64,000 nt of DNA, taken from positions 38,998,001 through 39,062,000 of the forward strand of contig NC_043005.1 in the NCBI RefSeq assembly GCF_006345805.1. Reading direction: 5' to 3'. This document shows positions 41,621 through 55,506 of the stretch, in pieces. The notes below the pieces were generated by a model that was not told the DNA's origin, ran no database searches, and saw nothing but the letters and a program-made list of their open reading frames with translations. A program made the translations under genes and the position numbers. How positions within the stretch are numbered: the first letter of the stretch is position 1; the number at the start of each line of letters is the position of its first letter. This DNA comes from Octopus sinensis (lineage: Eukaryota).

Positions 41621-41753
41621 ATTACCTCGGATATACTTGTTGCTTATTTTGATTATAATCCCCCCATTGATTTATATGGATTATACCATACAAAATTCTG
41701 GTGCCTTTGACTTAAGTACCATATTCATCTGAATCTATCTATCTATCTATCTA

Positions 41754-41866
<113 letters not shown>

Positions 41867-42007
41867 CGGAGATGTACTCGCATAGCAAGTAATTTGATCT
41901 GAGATCGTGTGCTGAAACGAAAACAATTGCAGCGTGGAAGGTGTTTATAAGCCATTTAAGAAACACACAAAAGCCGTTTGATTCACTTCAACATTTAAGT
42001 TTAATTT

Positions 42008-42051
42008 GTCAAAATACTTTCGTCGCTGAAATCCGCGACCTGTTCACTGAC
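42008..42051 (-). ncRNA. Mirror copy of the G3:C8 hammerhead variant
   Basis: GTCA-GTGAACA-G-GTCGC-GGATTTCA-GCGAC-GAAA-GTAT-TT-TGAC on the minus strand. Confidence 0.55.
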
Positions 42052-42055
42052 GGAC

Positions 42056-42105
42056 TTTGTCAGTGAACAGGTCGCGGATTTTAGCGACGAAAATATTTTG
42101 ACAAA
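42056..42105 (+). ncRNA. Minimal hammerhead variant with G3:C8 core and an extra nucleotide after A9
   Basis: TTTGTCA-GTGAACA-G-GTCGC-GGATTTTA-GCGAC-GAAA-ATAT-TT-TGACAAA. 7-bp stem I, 5-bp stem II, palindrome AATATT, UUU triplet. Confidence 0.62.
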
Positions 42106-42186
42106 TTAAACTTAAATGTTGAAGTGAATCGAACGGCTTTTGTGTGTTTCTTAAATGGCTTATAAACACCTTCTACGCTGCAATTG

Positions 42187-42227
<41 letters not shown>

Positions 42228-42228
<1 letters not shown>

Positions 42229-43067
42229 GAGGTGGTATGAAATAGTTCCGAGTGTGGTTCTTTTAACAAAAAATAACTTATTTACCTCAGTTTTAACATC
42301 GCCTCCTTCAAAGTAGTCACCTTGCGCAGCAATACGCCAGTTCCAGTCTTCTTGCCACTTTGGAATCCGGCCTGGAAGTCGTTTTCCGTTAGTGAATCGA
42401 GAGTTTTTGCGATTCGCTCTTGATCTAGACAATGATATCAAACAGGTGACTTTTGATGAGCATTTTCACCTTAGAGAAGTGATTGAAGTCCGCGGGGTTA
42501 ATCAGGCGAATAGGGTGCTGAATCGATACCATTTTGATTTTTGCGAGAAACTCGCGAGTGAGAACAACTCGATGATAGGGCACATTGTTATCGTGAAGAA
42601 TCCAAACGGTGGGATTGTTTGCACAGACTATTACGACAGACCAGCAACATCAGCAATGCCGTTCATTGTCCTCCTGCCATTCCCAAGCATAAGCTGATGG
42701 ATTTCCCACATTTCCGGGGGTGACGCACGTGGTAAGTTTTCCAGATCCCTCATCATCTTACTGGAACATTATTCCGCTTTTGAAACATTACGTACGATCT
42801 ATTGTCTCGTCGCCGTTAGCTTGCTGAAGCATGCTTAATGTCTCTGTAACAGACTTCATTCTTTGGTCCTGTCCATAACAAAATCTCAAACTACAGTATA
42901 CACATTATCACAAAAACACAAATTTCACATCTTGCGAATGAAGCACAGTAATGTCTCTCGGCACACCGATTCATGAAGTTCACTGCTAGCTCTCACTACG
43001 CAAGCAACCGACGAAGTACATTGTGGCATATATTCCAGTGTCGTACTTACTGAGGTAAAAATAAGTT
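42228..43067 (-). mobile_element. Mariner element, internally deleted, one end truncated
   Basis: C-terminal KWQEDWNWRIAAQGDYFEGG, TA|CGAGG terminus, and sub-terminal inverted match AACTTATTTACCTCAGT (42275-42291) versus ACTGAGGTAAAAATAAGTT (43049-43067). Confidence 0.8.
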
Positions 43068-43394
43068 GAAATCTTCTTCGCATTTAGTTCTTGTGATGTG
43101 GATCTATAACGTACATTTGAAGATGGCTCTTTAGCGGGAATTCTGCAATGTCGGTCAGGACAAGGTGACAGTATTTGTTCGAGCTGAATGAATCTTGTGT
43201 TCAGAAACTGCTTTAAGTATACACTTTCTCGACTCTTTCACCAGGTTGCAAGGGTGTGTATAATATCCTGGACACTAACGAACTAAGAGATAGATAGGTA
43301 AATAGATAGATAGATAGATACATACATACATACATATATACATAGGTAGATATACAGGCACTCAAATATATAATTGTGTGTGTGTGTGTGTGTC

Positions 43395-43559
43395 TGTACT
43401 GTGTGATAAGAAGCTTGCTTCCCAACCACATGGTTCCAGTACGGTTTCACTGCGTTGCGTTGCACCCTGGGCAAGTGTCTTCTACTATAGCCTCGGGCCG
43501 ACCAAAGCCTTGTGAATGGATTTGATTTGCGGAAACTAAAAGAAGCCCGTCGGATATAA

Positions 43560-43610
<51 letters not shown>

Positions 43611-43840
43611 TGTGTTTGTGCCTTCGTGTCTCTGCTTGTCCTCCCCACTTCACCGATTAACAATCGGCGTTGGTGAGTTAACATCCCCGTAACTTAGCGG
43701 TACGGCAAAAGAAACCGATAGAATAAGTGCTAGATTTTTTTTTTAAATAGGTTCTGGGTTCGATTTGTTTGACCAACGCCTTACAAGGCGGTGGTATAGC
43801 ATGGCCGCAGTAAAGCGACTGAACCAAGTAAAAGAATACG
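43395..43840 (+). mobile_element. tRNA-derived SINE, family A (diverged)
   Basis: Shares the CAAGTGTCTTCTACTATAGCCTCGGGCCGACC core and the AACCAAGTAAAAGAAT tail. Confidence 0.78.
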
Positions 43841-44714
43841 TTATAGGTAACGCATAAATGAATGTGCGTGTGTGTGCTGTTGAGTGTATGAGGATGTGTG
43901 CAATACACCTGTCTTTGTCTGTACTTATGCGTATATGCATATATATATATATATATATATACCAATTAAGGACTGAACACGAAAAAGTGGACAGTCAACA
44001 TGCTAGATATAGACGTCAAATCGCCATTCTCCACAAAAAGTGTATGTTCTCAGATCAAACTCAACACAAAACCAAAACAATAAACAAGTGAAAAATATAC
44101 GAAATAAATATTTACCCATGTACTAAATTCAGTTTCGGCTGTTATTTTCCGCAAGGAAAAGTGCAGCCATCATCAGCATGGTCCCATATAAAATGTAATT
44201 TGCTGTACTAAATGCCAACACGATACCGAAATATCGCGTGCATGGAGTACGGCCTATTACATTTGAAATATATATTTCAAATGTCTCTAATTTTGGCGCG
44301 ATGAGACCCGAGAAAACTAGCCTGCAGCTAATAGTTAGCAGCAGTTAATTTATCGGTTAGAGAACAAATATTTATATAACATTAAATTTAGGGTAAAAAT
44401 TGATATTTATCAATTAGAACCAGTGGTCTAGCATATTAAAGAAAGAATCCGAAGATTAAAATATTTATATATACCAATTAAGGCCTGAACACATATATAT
44501 ATACATATATATACATACACATACGTATATGAGCATACATACATACATTATATATATATATATCACCGTGATATATATATATCACTGTGATCACCGTCAC
44601 CGACCAGGCTATCAGATGTTGCTACACATCGCTGGTCACAATATGCTTCGCATTGTTTTAGCCTTCAAATGACGCTACCCGCTGGCTAAGCGAGCAGGCC
44701 AATATATATGTGTG

Positions 44715-44782
<68 letters not shown>

Positions 44783-45191
44783 TGTGTACGCTGATGTCTA
44801 TCATCATGTAATATATATGTTTGCGTGTTTCTGTTTCTTTTCATATGTGTGTATGTTTGTGTCCATATTGGCATGTGTATTCATTCATTCATTCATTCAT
44901 TCACTTTTTTTACTCTCCTATATATAACCTTGTACGTTGTAATCCTCTTTATATACGCTTTCATTATTAATGCTTAACCGATTATGAACAAAACCAATAA
45001 AATAAAATAATATAGACGTTAAATTTCTAATACATAGTACTTCATTATTCATGTTATTCAGTATACCAATCAGTTAACAGCACTCGACAGATAAATAACA
45101 ACACAACGAAACCTGTAAAAATTGTCGTCTCCTACTAAATAAATCGAGTGAATAATTTTTTACATAGCTTAAATGCTATCGTGTACTCTTT

Positions 45192-45242
<51 letters not shown>

Positions 45243-46118
45243 TATCTCTCAATCTTACTCTTTTTCCTCTCTGTAATATCGTTAGCAACTTTTCTCAAGG
45301 CTGTTTCTAACGTAACTGAGCTGAATGTAACGACAACATTCTCATAAACACTTAGGTTGATCATTACGAGAGCAAAAAAAAAAACAAAAAAACAGTTACT
45401 AATATCCATCTGCCATAAAATTCTTCATAGCTTTACTTTAACTCCCAGTTACAAGATTGCAAAACGAGATGAAACTAATATGAAAGTAACATCGCCACAT
45501 GTTATACACCAAAGAAAATCCCGAGCCAACTATCGAACATCTGCTTGCTTGATTTCCTAGAAACAGTGACCAATTTCTCTTTTAAATTATATCACAAAGT
45601 ATAAAATTGATATTGTCATCCAAGACATCCCACGAAATGAATATATAGACATGTGCTGGTGTTTGTTTATGTGTTCAGTTATAAGAAAAAACAATTTTTC
45701 ATTAATCTGATGGCTTACTCGACGATGGATTAACTGGGTGAAACTTCGAAGTCACTCTCAACAACACTATCACTTAAGAATAATATATATATATATATAT
45801 ATATATACAACAATTGAGGGCAAAATTAATTAATTATTAATCAATTTCACCAAGTGTTCAGTATATCCAAACCAAGGAATTTCTGAGCCGATGATAGAAA
45901 TGTTGTTTTGACTAATCTTGAAACGTACGTTCTCGAATAACCTTAGCATTTGATTTTTCGATGTCCTTACCCCCAAACTTTTGTGAGTTGAATTAAGCAA
46001 ACACTATATATGAGAGAGATTTTCTTTAAGTATTAGAAATAGCTTTAAAAAAGTTTTTTAGCTGCTATTTCTAATGAGTTCAGTATGCGGCAAAGTAATT
46101 TATTTTACTAAGCCCTTT

Positions 46119-46544
<426 letters not shown>

Positions 46545-47154
46545 GGATAGATAGATAGATAAATAGATAGATAGATAGATATAGACGTAGACATATGTGT
46601 TAGTGTTTGTATGAGTGTCTGTAAGTGTGTGTGTGCGCGGGTGAAGACTAATCTAGGTGAAGACTAATCAAATTTACGATAAGAAACGTATTTGAAGAGT
46701 CGGAAACTTAGTTACTAGATTATCCGATTCTGAGTTGTCCATTTATCTAATGTTCTTCCTAAAGGTAAGACAATATTTTTATGTTCGCGTCTTTGCCAAT
46801 ATATATATAGAGTGAAGCTTTACTAAAGCGTCGTAAATTTATTGACTGGTATTTCAAGTAAACATCGGTGCCTTTGTACGACAACTCTACATTTATATAT
46901 GTATATATATATATATGTATGCATGTATATGTATGTATATATAAACTACTGAACCCCCTTTCGGTCATGATTGACAATGGGATTGCACCTAAAAAGTTAC
47001 CCACCCAGGCACAATTCCGGGCAAGGTTGTTCATGGAAGACCAGCAGTCGCCCATGCATACCAGCTTCCCCTCTCCCCGCCACCGATGTTATCCAAGAGA
47101 AAGGCATATAAATATACATATATATATATAAATATATACATATATATAAATATG

Positions 47155-47243
<89 letters not shown>

Positions 47244-48269
47244 AAATAGAGATGTGTGTGTATTCACTTTTCACGCGAAAACGGCTTGATCAATTACTTC
47301 TATACTTGTTATGCATGAATAATTCCACTTCATACAAATTATAGGCTCTTCATTCGATTTTTTTATTACAAATAAAAATATTGCTTGATTTTATATATTA
47401 TTAGATTCACTTCTTTAAAACGTTTCCTCAATGTCAACTTCCGGTATTGAAGTAAAAACGGCGAAGTCTGTTCCTGTCTGATTTTAATGTTTTCATTCAT
47501 TCGTTATTTGTAAATAACTACGATAAATTACTGAAAGAAATATTTGCTAAGTTCACAAATTTAAATATTTGGTACAAGATAGTTTTTAACGTGCTTTTAT
47601 TTTTTCATTCCATATCTATTTCTCCCTCTCTCTCCTTCTCTCTCCCCCCCTTCTCTCTCTCTCTCTCTCTCTCACATACACACACTCCTGGTTTGATTGC
47701 TCTATTTCACAAATATCACGTTAAAATTTTGCAATTCTACATGGGGCGTTAAAAAAATATGGGCATTTTGCTTGAACTCGCACACTTCGTTAATTTCCGT
47801 AACTAATCTCTCGTTAGTTTCCGTTTCACGTTGTGTTCAGCTCTATGTATATGTAGTCAGTCACGCACGCACACGTGTGTTTTTGTATGTTTGTTTCTAT
47901 ACATTTAGGTATGTGTGTGTGACTGAGTGAAGGATTGTGTTGTCATATATATGTACATACATAAATACATATGTACACATCTTTTTTGCATTATGTATGT
48001 ATGTACGTATGTATAAGTGTGTGTGTGAGAGAGAGAGCGGGATGTCTAAGGGGTATTCTCTCTCACACACACACGCACACATACATAGACGAAAAATGTA
48101 TGCATATGTATTTATGTATGTATACGTGACAACACGCCTCTTCATTCGCACTCTCACTCTCAGTGTCTCTCACACATACATACACACGTCCATTTCATCA
48201 GATGTTTCATCTGTATGTACATGTATCTGCGCGCGCGTGTGTATGTGCGCAAGCGGGGTTACACAATCG

Positions 48270-49493
48270 TCAGAAAAAACAGAGGAATTTTGTTTCTTGA
48301 TGTTCCTAGTTGCACAGGTAAAACATTTGTAACATTGCTTCTTTCCAATGTCAGGCCGCAAAAAAGAGTTGCAGTTGCTGTACTATTGTCCGGCTTTGCT
48401 GTCACCATTCTCCCAATTTGTAGCATAAGCAAAGATGCAGGTTCAACAAAAGTGTTGTGATAATGCCACCTTATCAGTTGGGCAGGATGCACCATGTCAC
48501 ATGGAGGTGCAATGGAAGCTCTTGGCAAGACCTTACAAGACATCAGAGGCAACAATAAATCGAAGGATGGAGTTACATTAGTTTTATCAGGAGACTTCAG
48601 ACAAACATTACCAGTCATTCTGAGTCCAAGAATATTTAATGAAATAAAAACATGCATTAAGTCTTCACACCTATGGAATAAAGTACAGAAATTCTCCTTC
48701 AGTACTAACGCTCGAGCTTCATTACATGACGACCAATGTGCAAAACAGTTGTCAACCTGGCTCCTCCAGTTAGGAAATGCGGAAGTACCGTTTGATGGGA
48801 ATGGTGATATCAGTTTGGCTTATATTGCTATCATGGTGAATTCCCTAGCTCAACTGAAGAACCGGGGATTGCCAGACTTAAGTAACAATTATAATTCACA
48901 TAAATGATTGTGTGAAAGGGCAATACTTACTCAAATAAAGGCGACAGTAGCAAAGATTAACCGTGAATTAATGAATAAGATTACGACAGTCATTAAGAAG
49001 TACAAATCAGTTGAATCAGTCCCTGATAAAAATCAAGCTGTCTACAACCCAATAGAGTTCCTTAATTCTATTGAGCCACTTCGAATTCTTCGACATAAAC
49101 TTTTTCTGAAGGTGGGAGTCCCAATGATGCTTCTAAGAAATTTAGATCCTCCTAAATAATACAATTGGATAAGGTTGAAGACATTATCACCTAATGTCAC
49201 AGAAGCTACCGTCATCACTGGGTGTGTCTCTGGAGAAGACGTGTTCAATCCAAGAATTCCAATTAAACCAACGGACATGTCATTTGAGTTCAAAAGAACA
49301 CAATTCCCAGTGCGACTTTGCTTTGCAATGTCCATTAATAAAGCTCAATACCAGTCTTTGAAATGTACTGGCTTGCTTTTCTTATGGTCAACTTTATGTT
49401 GGTTGCTCGAGGGTAGGTAGATTGCAAGACTTATTTGTCTATGCTCCAAATTAGAAAATAAAGAATGTTGTTTACCAAGAACCTCTTACATAA
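48270..49493 (+). pseudogene. Helitron RepHel PIF1-like helicase domain, degraded
   Basis: Consecutive broken ORFs carry DVPSCTGKTF (Walker A-like), LVLSGDFRQTLPV, CIKSSHLW, LKVGVPMMLLRNLDPPK, RTQFPVRLCFAMSINKAQ and GQLYVGCSRVG, ending at TAA 49491-49493. Confidence 0.93.
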
Positions 49494-50706
49494 TTTCCTT
49501 CAACATATGTGATAGAATTTCTCATTTCATATAAGTGGTAAATTTTATATCATCCTCATCATCATCATCATCATCATCATTATTATTATTATTATTATTA
49601 TTATTGCATTATGAATTCAGAATTGATTTATTAATTAAAGAATAAATTGTATCCCAGTTGAAGACTAATTTGAATTTAGAATAACAAATTTCTGTACAAC
49701 ATAATTTGCCTTTTTCGGGGCTAGTGCAGTTTTGCACCTCTCCTTGAAAAATGCATTTTTTGAGAAAAAATATGTTCGGATCCCTACGTTTTAGATATCG
49801 GAAATTACGAATATGCAAATAAATCTTCTATAGGACCGCTACATGTAGTTGACAAATATATTTTATGAATAAACATACAAGGATAAATTCAGAGTACAAG
49901 TTCAACATTTAAAATTGGTAGAGGGGGTGAAATTTGAGCCTCTGATTAAACTTTATAACATTAAGTATTAAACATTAATGCTTGTTTCTCATACAGCAGT
50001 GTATATTTAATTTATATGAAATTGTTGTTTACGATTATTTAAGGCAAACACAAGTAAAACGCAAATTCTTTCCACTTTAATGTTTTTCTGTCTATTTAAT
50101 TTCGATTTGCATATGTACGTCAATTCCCTACGATCTCTTTAAACAAATTTTATGGAATGATGATTTCAAAGTAACATAATGAGCGAGGCTGTGTTATGCG
50201 TGTGTGAGAAAAATACACCTAAAAATATTTAGTGATCATATTAACTTGTCAAATGTAATGCTTATTTTTACATGTTATTTTGAATTATTCAGGTTCAATA
50301 GGGGTGTCCACAATATTTGCTTGTAACTTTGTAAATTTTATACATACAGATTTGAAATTTTGTCAGTGGGTGCTATATATACCGAACGTATATAGTTATG
50401 TACTTTTAGCAGATCTTGGTGAGTAAAATTCAAATATAGGTATAATTGATACAAGATTTTATTCTTTCTCTAAATATGTTTTACCTCAGTGTGGAATAAT
50501 TTTTGTCCAATTTTTTTCGGGTGCATTCAAATCCAGGCAGGGCCAAACGAGGTCCATATATATATGGATATGGATATATAAATATATATATATAGATAGA
50601 TAGATAGATAGATAGATATACATACATACATATGTACATACATACATACATATGTACATACATACATACATACATATATATATATATATTCATCTTTCTA
50701 TTTCAC

Positions 50707-50793
<87 letters not shown>

Positions 50794-52619
50794 CAACTAC
50801 GGCAGTAGTTGAATAATATTCTTAACGTAGCATTTTTGTCGCAGTCGGCGTCTTTCAAGGAGACTCAATAATTCAGTTTTTATCTAAATCAAATCTAGTC
50901 TATTGAAATATGTTGACTAGTGATAAGCTACACTTAGATATAAAATACTTAAAATCTGGTGCAGTAGAACAAAAGTTAAGAGAAAAATGTATAGACCAAA
51001 CTGGTTGACTGACGGATAGTAACGCCCGAGATAGACACTTTGGAATCCGCGCCTTTCTTTTAATTATTATATTGATATTGATATGAAAGAGAAATGTTAA
51101 AGAAATATATTGGTAACGGTTTCGTAAAATTTTATTCATTAGAAAAAAGATACTTAATTTTAATTCTCAAATTTTTATCAATTTTTGCGTGATATTAAAG
51201 GGATGCTACTCATATATGAACTAAACTATTTCTAAGGCGCACACACAACAAAAGATAAAAGACAACACAAATCAATACAATGAGTTCTAATATTTATTTT
51301 CATTAGTCTAAATTATTTTTTTTTTTAATTAAATTTTTTTGCTTAATTTTTTGTAATGTGGCTTTTTAAAGTCCATTTTTGAATAAATTATTGTTATAAC
51401 AAGATTACTTAATAGAATATTTTTTATTCTTTTTGATTTTGTCTATATGAGCAGTACGGAATCATGTAGTAGGACTGTGCAGAAAAGGAAAATTACAAAA
51501 TTTCGAATATTTTAATAGTCAATTTTCACTATTTTTGAATTTTCAAGCATGGGGGTTGATTATCTGCATGCTAAAAATGACTTTACTTATAATTTATTTA
51601 TTACTTTTATAGTAAATACAAAATGGTTATTTGTGGCTTTGTCTCTATGAGAAGTACTGAAGTCTGTAGTAAGGCCGTTCAGAAAAGGCAAATGCTACTT
51701 GAATTTATATTCTATTCAATATTAATTTATTTAAAATAAAGTCATTCTATCAAATTTGTATCCTCATTTATTTTTCATTATTTAAAAAATTCTTTAAATA
51801 TATTCATTTGTAACTTGGGCCCTGTACAGTACCGAAATTACAGTACGTATATTATGCCTAGAAAAGGCAAAGTTGCAAGGAATATCATTCATTTTTAATT
51901 TAATGTCTAAATGAGAATTAATCAAATGAAAGCATATAAATTTTGTTTGAATTTTCTTGGAAGATTTTGAATTCAAAAATAAAACTTTACTATTACTGCA
52001 ATGCCTCTAAAAATACTGGACTAACCAATGAAAAATGCAGACGCATACTAACAATATTCTTAACAATTAAACTTGTAAGAGCAGAGGTCAAGAAAAATCT
52101 CAATAAAATTAGAGCTTATAATATTGCTAAAATGAAAATTTAAATTATGTTATATTAATTCATCTTGTACAAAAAATAAAATTTTAATTAAAAATTGAAA
52201 AGTGAAATTAATTGAATTTTTTTAAAATATGAAAAATTACCGAAGGGGTCCTTTTTAATTTTAATTTCAGCAGCAATATTTTAAACTCTAATTCTAAGAA
52301 GTTTTTTCTTGTCCTCTACTTTACCAGGATTAATTGTTAAAATATTGCTAATATGCGTCCGCAATTTTCATTGACTATTATATATATATATATATATAAT
52401 AATCAATGAAAATTGCTGACGCAATTTATATATACATATATGTATGCATGCATGCATATACATATAGAGAGAGAGAAAGAGAGAGATATACACATATAAA
52501 GTTAGATAGGTATGCATATATATATGTATATGTATGTGTGTGCGGGTGTATATATATATATATATGTATATATATATGTATATATATATATAAATGCACA
52601 CATATACATACATACACAT

Positions 52620-52996
52620 AGGCGCAGGAGTGGATGTGTAGTAAATAGCTTGCTATCCAACCCCATGGTTCCGGCTTCAGTCCCACGGCGTGGTACCTAG
52701 GGCAAATGTCTTCTACTATAGCCTCGGGTCGACCAAAGCCTTGTAAGTGGATTTGGTAGACGGAAACTGAAAGAATCCTGAATACATATGTATATGTTTG
52801 TGTATCTGTGTTTGTTTCCCACCGTCGTTTGACTGTTGGTGTGTTTACATTCCCGTCAGATAGCGGTTCGGCATTAAGTGGCCGATAGAAAAAGTACCAG
52901 GCTTACAAAGAATAAGTCCTGGGGTCGATTTGTTCGACTAAAGGCAGGATTCGAGCATTTTCGTAGTCAAATGACTGAACCAAGTAAAAGAATAAG
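52620..52996 (+). mobile_element. tRNA-derived SINE, family A
   Basis: AGGCGCAGGAGTGG head through CAAGTAAAAGAATAAG tail. Confidence 0.82.
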
Positions 52997-53213
52997 AGAA
53001 TATACTCATACAGCTACAGCTCTTCTTCCTTCGTATCCAAAAGTTTGCATACAAGCCTCTGTTTTAATGCAGAAAGTTTATTGGTCTATAATATAAAACA
53101 TTACAATGCTAATTCATGTTGCTAGTGTACATACACACACACACACACACACTCACTCACACACGCACACACATAAACATTTGACGTCGCGCACAAACAC
53201 ACACATATATGCG

Positions 53214-53250
<37 letters not shown>

Positions 53251-53253
53251 CTA

Positions 53254-53308
<55 letters not shown>

Positions 53309-53879
53309 TATATATATAGTATGTTTGCCACATAAATGAGGCGACCCATATAGGACGATGCTGCTGTTGTTTATAGCCCCAGGAATACATCTCGTCCAGC
53401 AGGCTAACGATACTCTGTCTGTGTCTGATTGGTATTTGCGAAGGGAAATCATCGTTCCCATCTCTAGTCTTACGTGATACACACAGACCCGGGTTTCTAG
53501 GTAGCAACCCGTCATTTGCGTGTGACAATCACCAGCTAGTGATGGGAGCACATTTCAAACGCAAAATATTATATGCTTTTTCCAGTAACAAACTGTCGCT
53601 GATCTCGAAAAAAGAGAAACAAATTTATATACATACACACAGGCAGACAGACGTATATAAGGTTGTATAGAATGTTCTCTGAAATATTTAGTGTCTATTT
53701 TAAAACAATGTCTTATTTAATACTACAGATTTAATCATCAATGTAATTTCTTATTGCGCATCACTACTTGCCGTTTGCTTGTAAGTTTTTGTAAGACTGA
53801 TTAGTGAAAGTCGTAGAGTGTTGAAATAAAATATATATTTAAGGGATTTTTCTATGAGATGCCTGTTGGCAAAACTTTG

Positions 53880-54570
53880 TCGAAATTGTTTTGCAAAAAT
53901 CTAAATAAGTGGAAGTCTCATGGAACAGAGCCTGAAGAATATTAAGATGTTAGACGTTTTTGTGTTCTGGTTTTCAAATGGTATAAGGTTACGTGCATGG
54001 GGTAATGTGAAATCGAGCATTATCTTGATGAAAGAGAACGCTTCCTTGCTCTTTACTACGGCAGGTTGCTTTCTATCAAAAACAGTCTTCAAACATAATT
54101 TTGTTACAGTAAATTTCAGAAGTCATCATTTGATTTGGACTTGAAAGGTAAATGTGAATTTTTCCTTCCGTATCTAACCAAACAGCCAATAAAATTTCGT
54201 TGGGCAGAGCAGAAGTTCTTTCGTGGAGTGAATCAACAAAGAGGACTTCACCAGCACCATACACCAAGTTTTATTGAATGTTTGATTGACTACGAAAGAA
54301 GTATTTATTATGAGCTTTTAAGACCAAACTGAATGTTGACTTCTGTATGAGGTCTGCTTTCGACAGAAAACATTCTGCCGTAATAAAGTGCCAAGGAGGA
54401 TTCTATTTCCTCAAAATAATGCTCGACTTCACACCGTTCAAGTCACTAAAAATTATTTGGAATCGCTCAGATTGCAAAACGTCTACTATCTTCATATTCA
54501 TCAGCCTCTTCTCTATCACTCATCCACTCATTTAGATCTTTCCAAAACCATTTCGACAAGAAAAGTATAA
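53880..54570. mobile_element. Two mariner catalytic-domain fragments in inverted orientation
   Basis: Minus 53901-54092 (FDRKQPAVVKSKEAFSFIKIMLDFT) parallels plus 54347-54535 (FDRKHSAVIKCQGGFYFLKIMLDFT). Other frames give QDNAR/QNNAR and IYYELLRPN. Confidence 0.7.
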
Positions 54571-54669
54571 CTTACAAATGTCACATTAAAAATCATTTTC
54601 ATATATTTTTGACTCTATCGCTCAAGGACTTAAAAACTTACAAACAAACGTCAAATAGTGAAACATAAT

Positions 54670-54990
54670 AAAGAAATTACATATGATAACTGTTGACGAA
54701 TTCCAGAGACGTTATGGTTTTCAAATGGTATAAAGTTACACGTATGGAGTAATTTTCAACAGTGAAACCTTTACTCGTATGTTTTCTGCTGAAAGAGTAT
54801 GAGGATCCCTTTTTCAATACTTCAAAACTTTTCCTAGCTATAACGTACCCGAGTCGCTCCAAATGATTATGAATGGTTATAATAGCCGTATTAAATTCAG
54901 TGTAAAGCTCTATGACTGTTCTAGCAGGAATCCTAACAAGTGTTCCCTCAAGCAATTCGTCTTCCCGTTTAGAAGGATGCCTAATAGATG
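54670..54990 (-). mobile_element. Mariner N-terminal HTH fragment
   Basis: PSKREDELLEGTLVRIPARTVIELYTEFNTAIITIHNHLERLGYV resembles the mariner GRP-HTH region. Confidence 0.55.
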
Positions 54991-55439
54991 ATCATGAAAC
55001 AAACTGAGGCTGAATATTAAAAGAAAAAACAATGTTTCCATGTTCTTTCATTTACAAGATCTTGACTGCATGTTATCTTTAATATGTTTCACTTCCTCAC
55101 TCGCATGAGGACCTTAAGAAAACTAGTAAAGCAGAATGTGACGAATATGTCCTTTGCTTGGTTCCATGGTATGTTCTTTAAATACGAAAATATTGACCTA
55201 GAATATGCCTCTTTCTGCACCACGGTAAATCATAGTTTCAGCTAATGCCTCCAATATTGATGACTTCTGCCAGAAATAAAACCAAGTTTTCAATAGGTTC
55301 AAACACACAATCCAATAAAACTATCTATGGAGCGGGACTCGTATACTCGCGCGCGTACACAAGATATTATACGCATATGTGTAATAAATGCATATATGCG
55401 TGAGTATATATATGTGTGAGTATATATATATATGTGTGA

Positions 55440-55493
<54 letters not shown>

Positions 55494-55506
55494 GTATATA
55501 TAAAGA

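Larger units (their letters stand above)
41208..41655. mobile_element. Fold-back (palindromic) PLE-end fragment, ~207-nt arms and 35-nt spacer, one hammerhead per arm
   Basis: 41208-41414 is the reverse complement of 41450-41655 with about a dozen differences. The left end abuts (TA)n. Confidence 0.85.

Noticed and set aside
45820-46118. CTAATGAG-TTCAGTA and TTTCACC segments resembling a split hammerhead
   Set aside because: G5 is missing and the two halves are on opposite strands, so no fold could be built.
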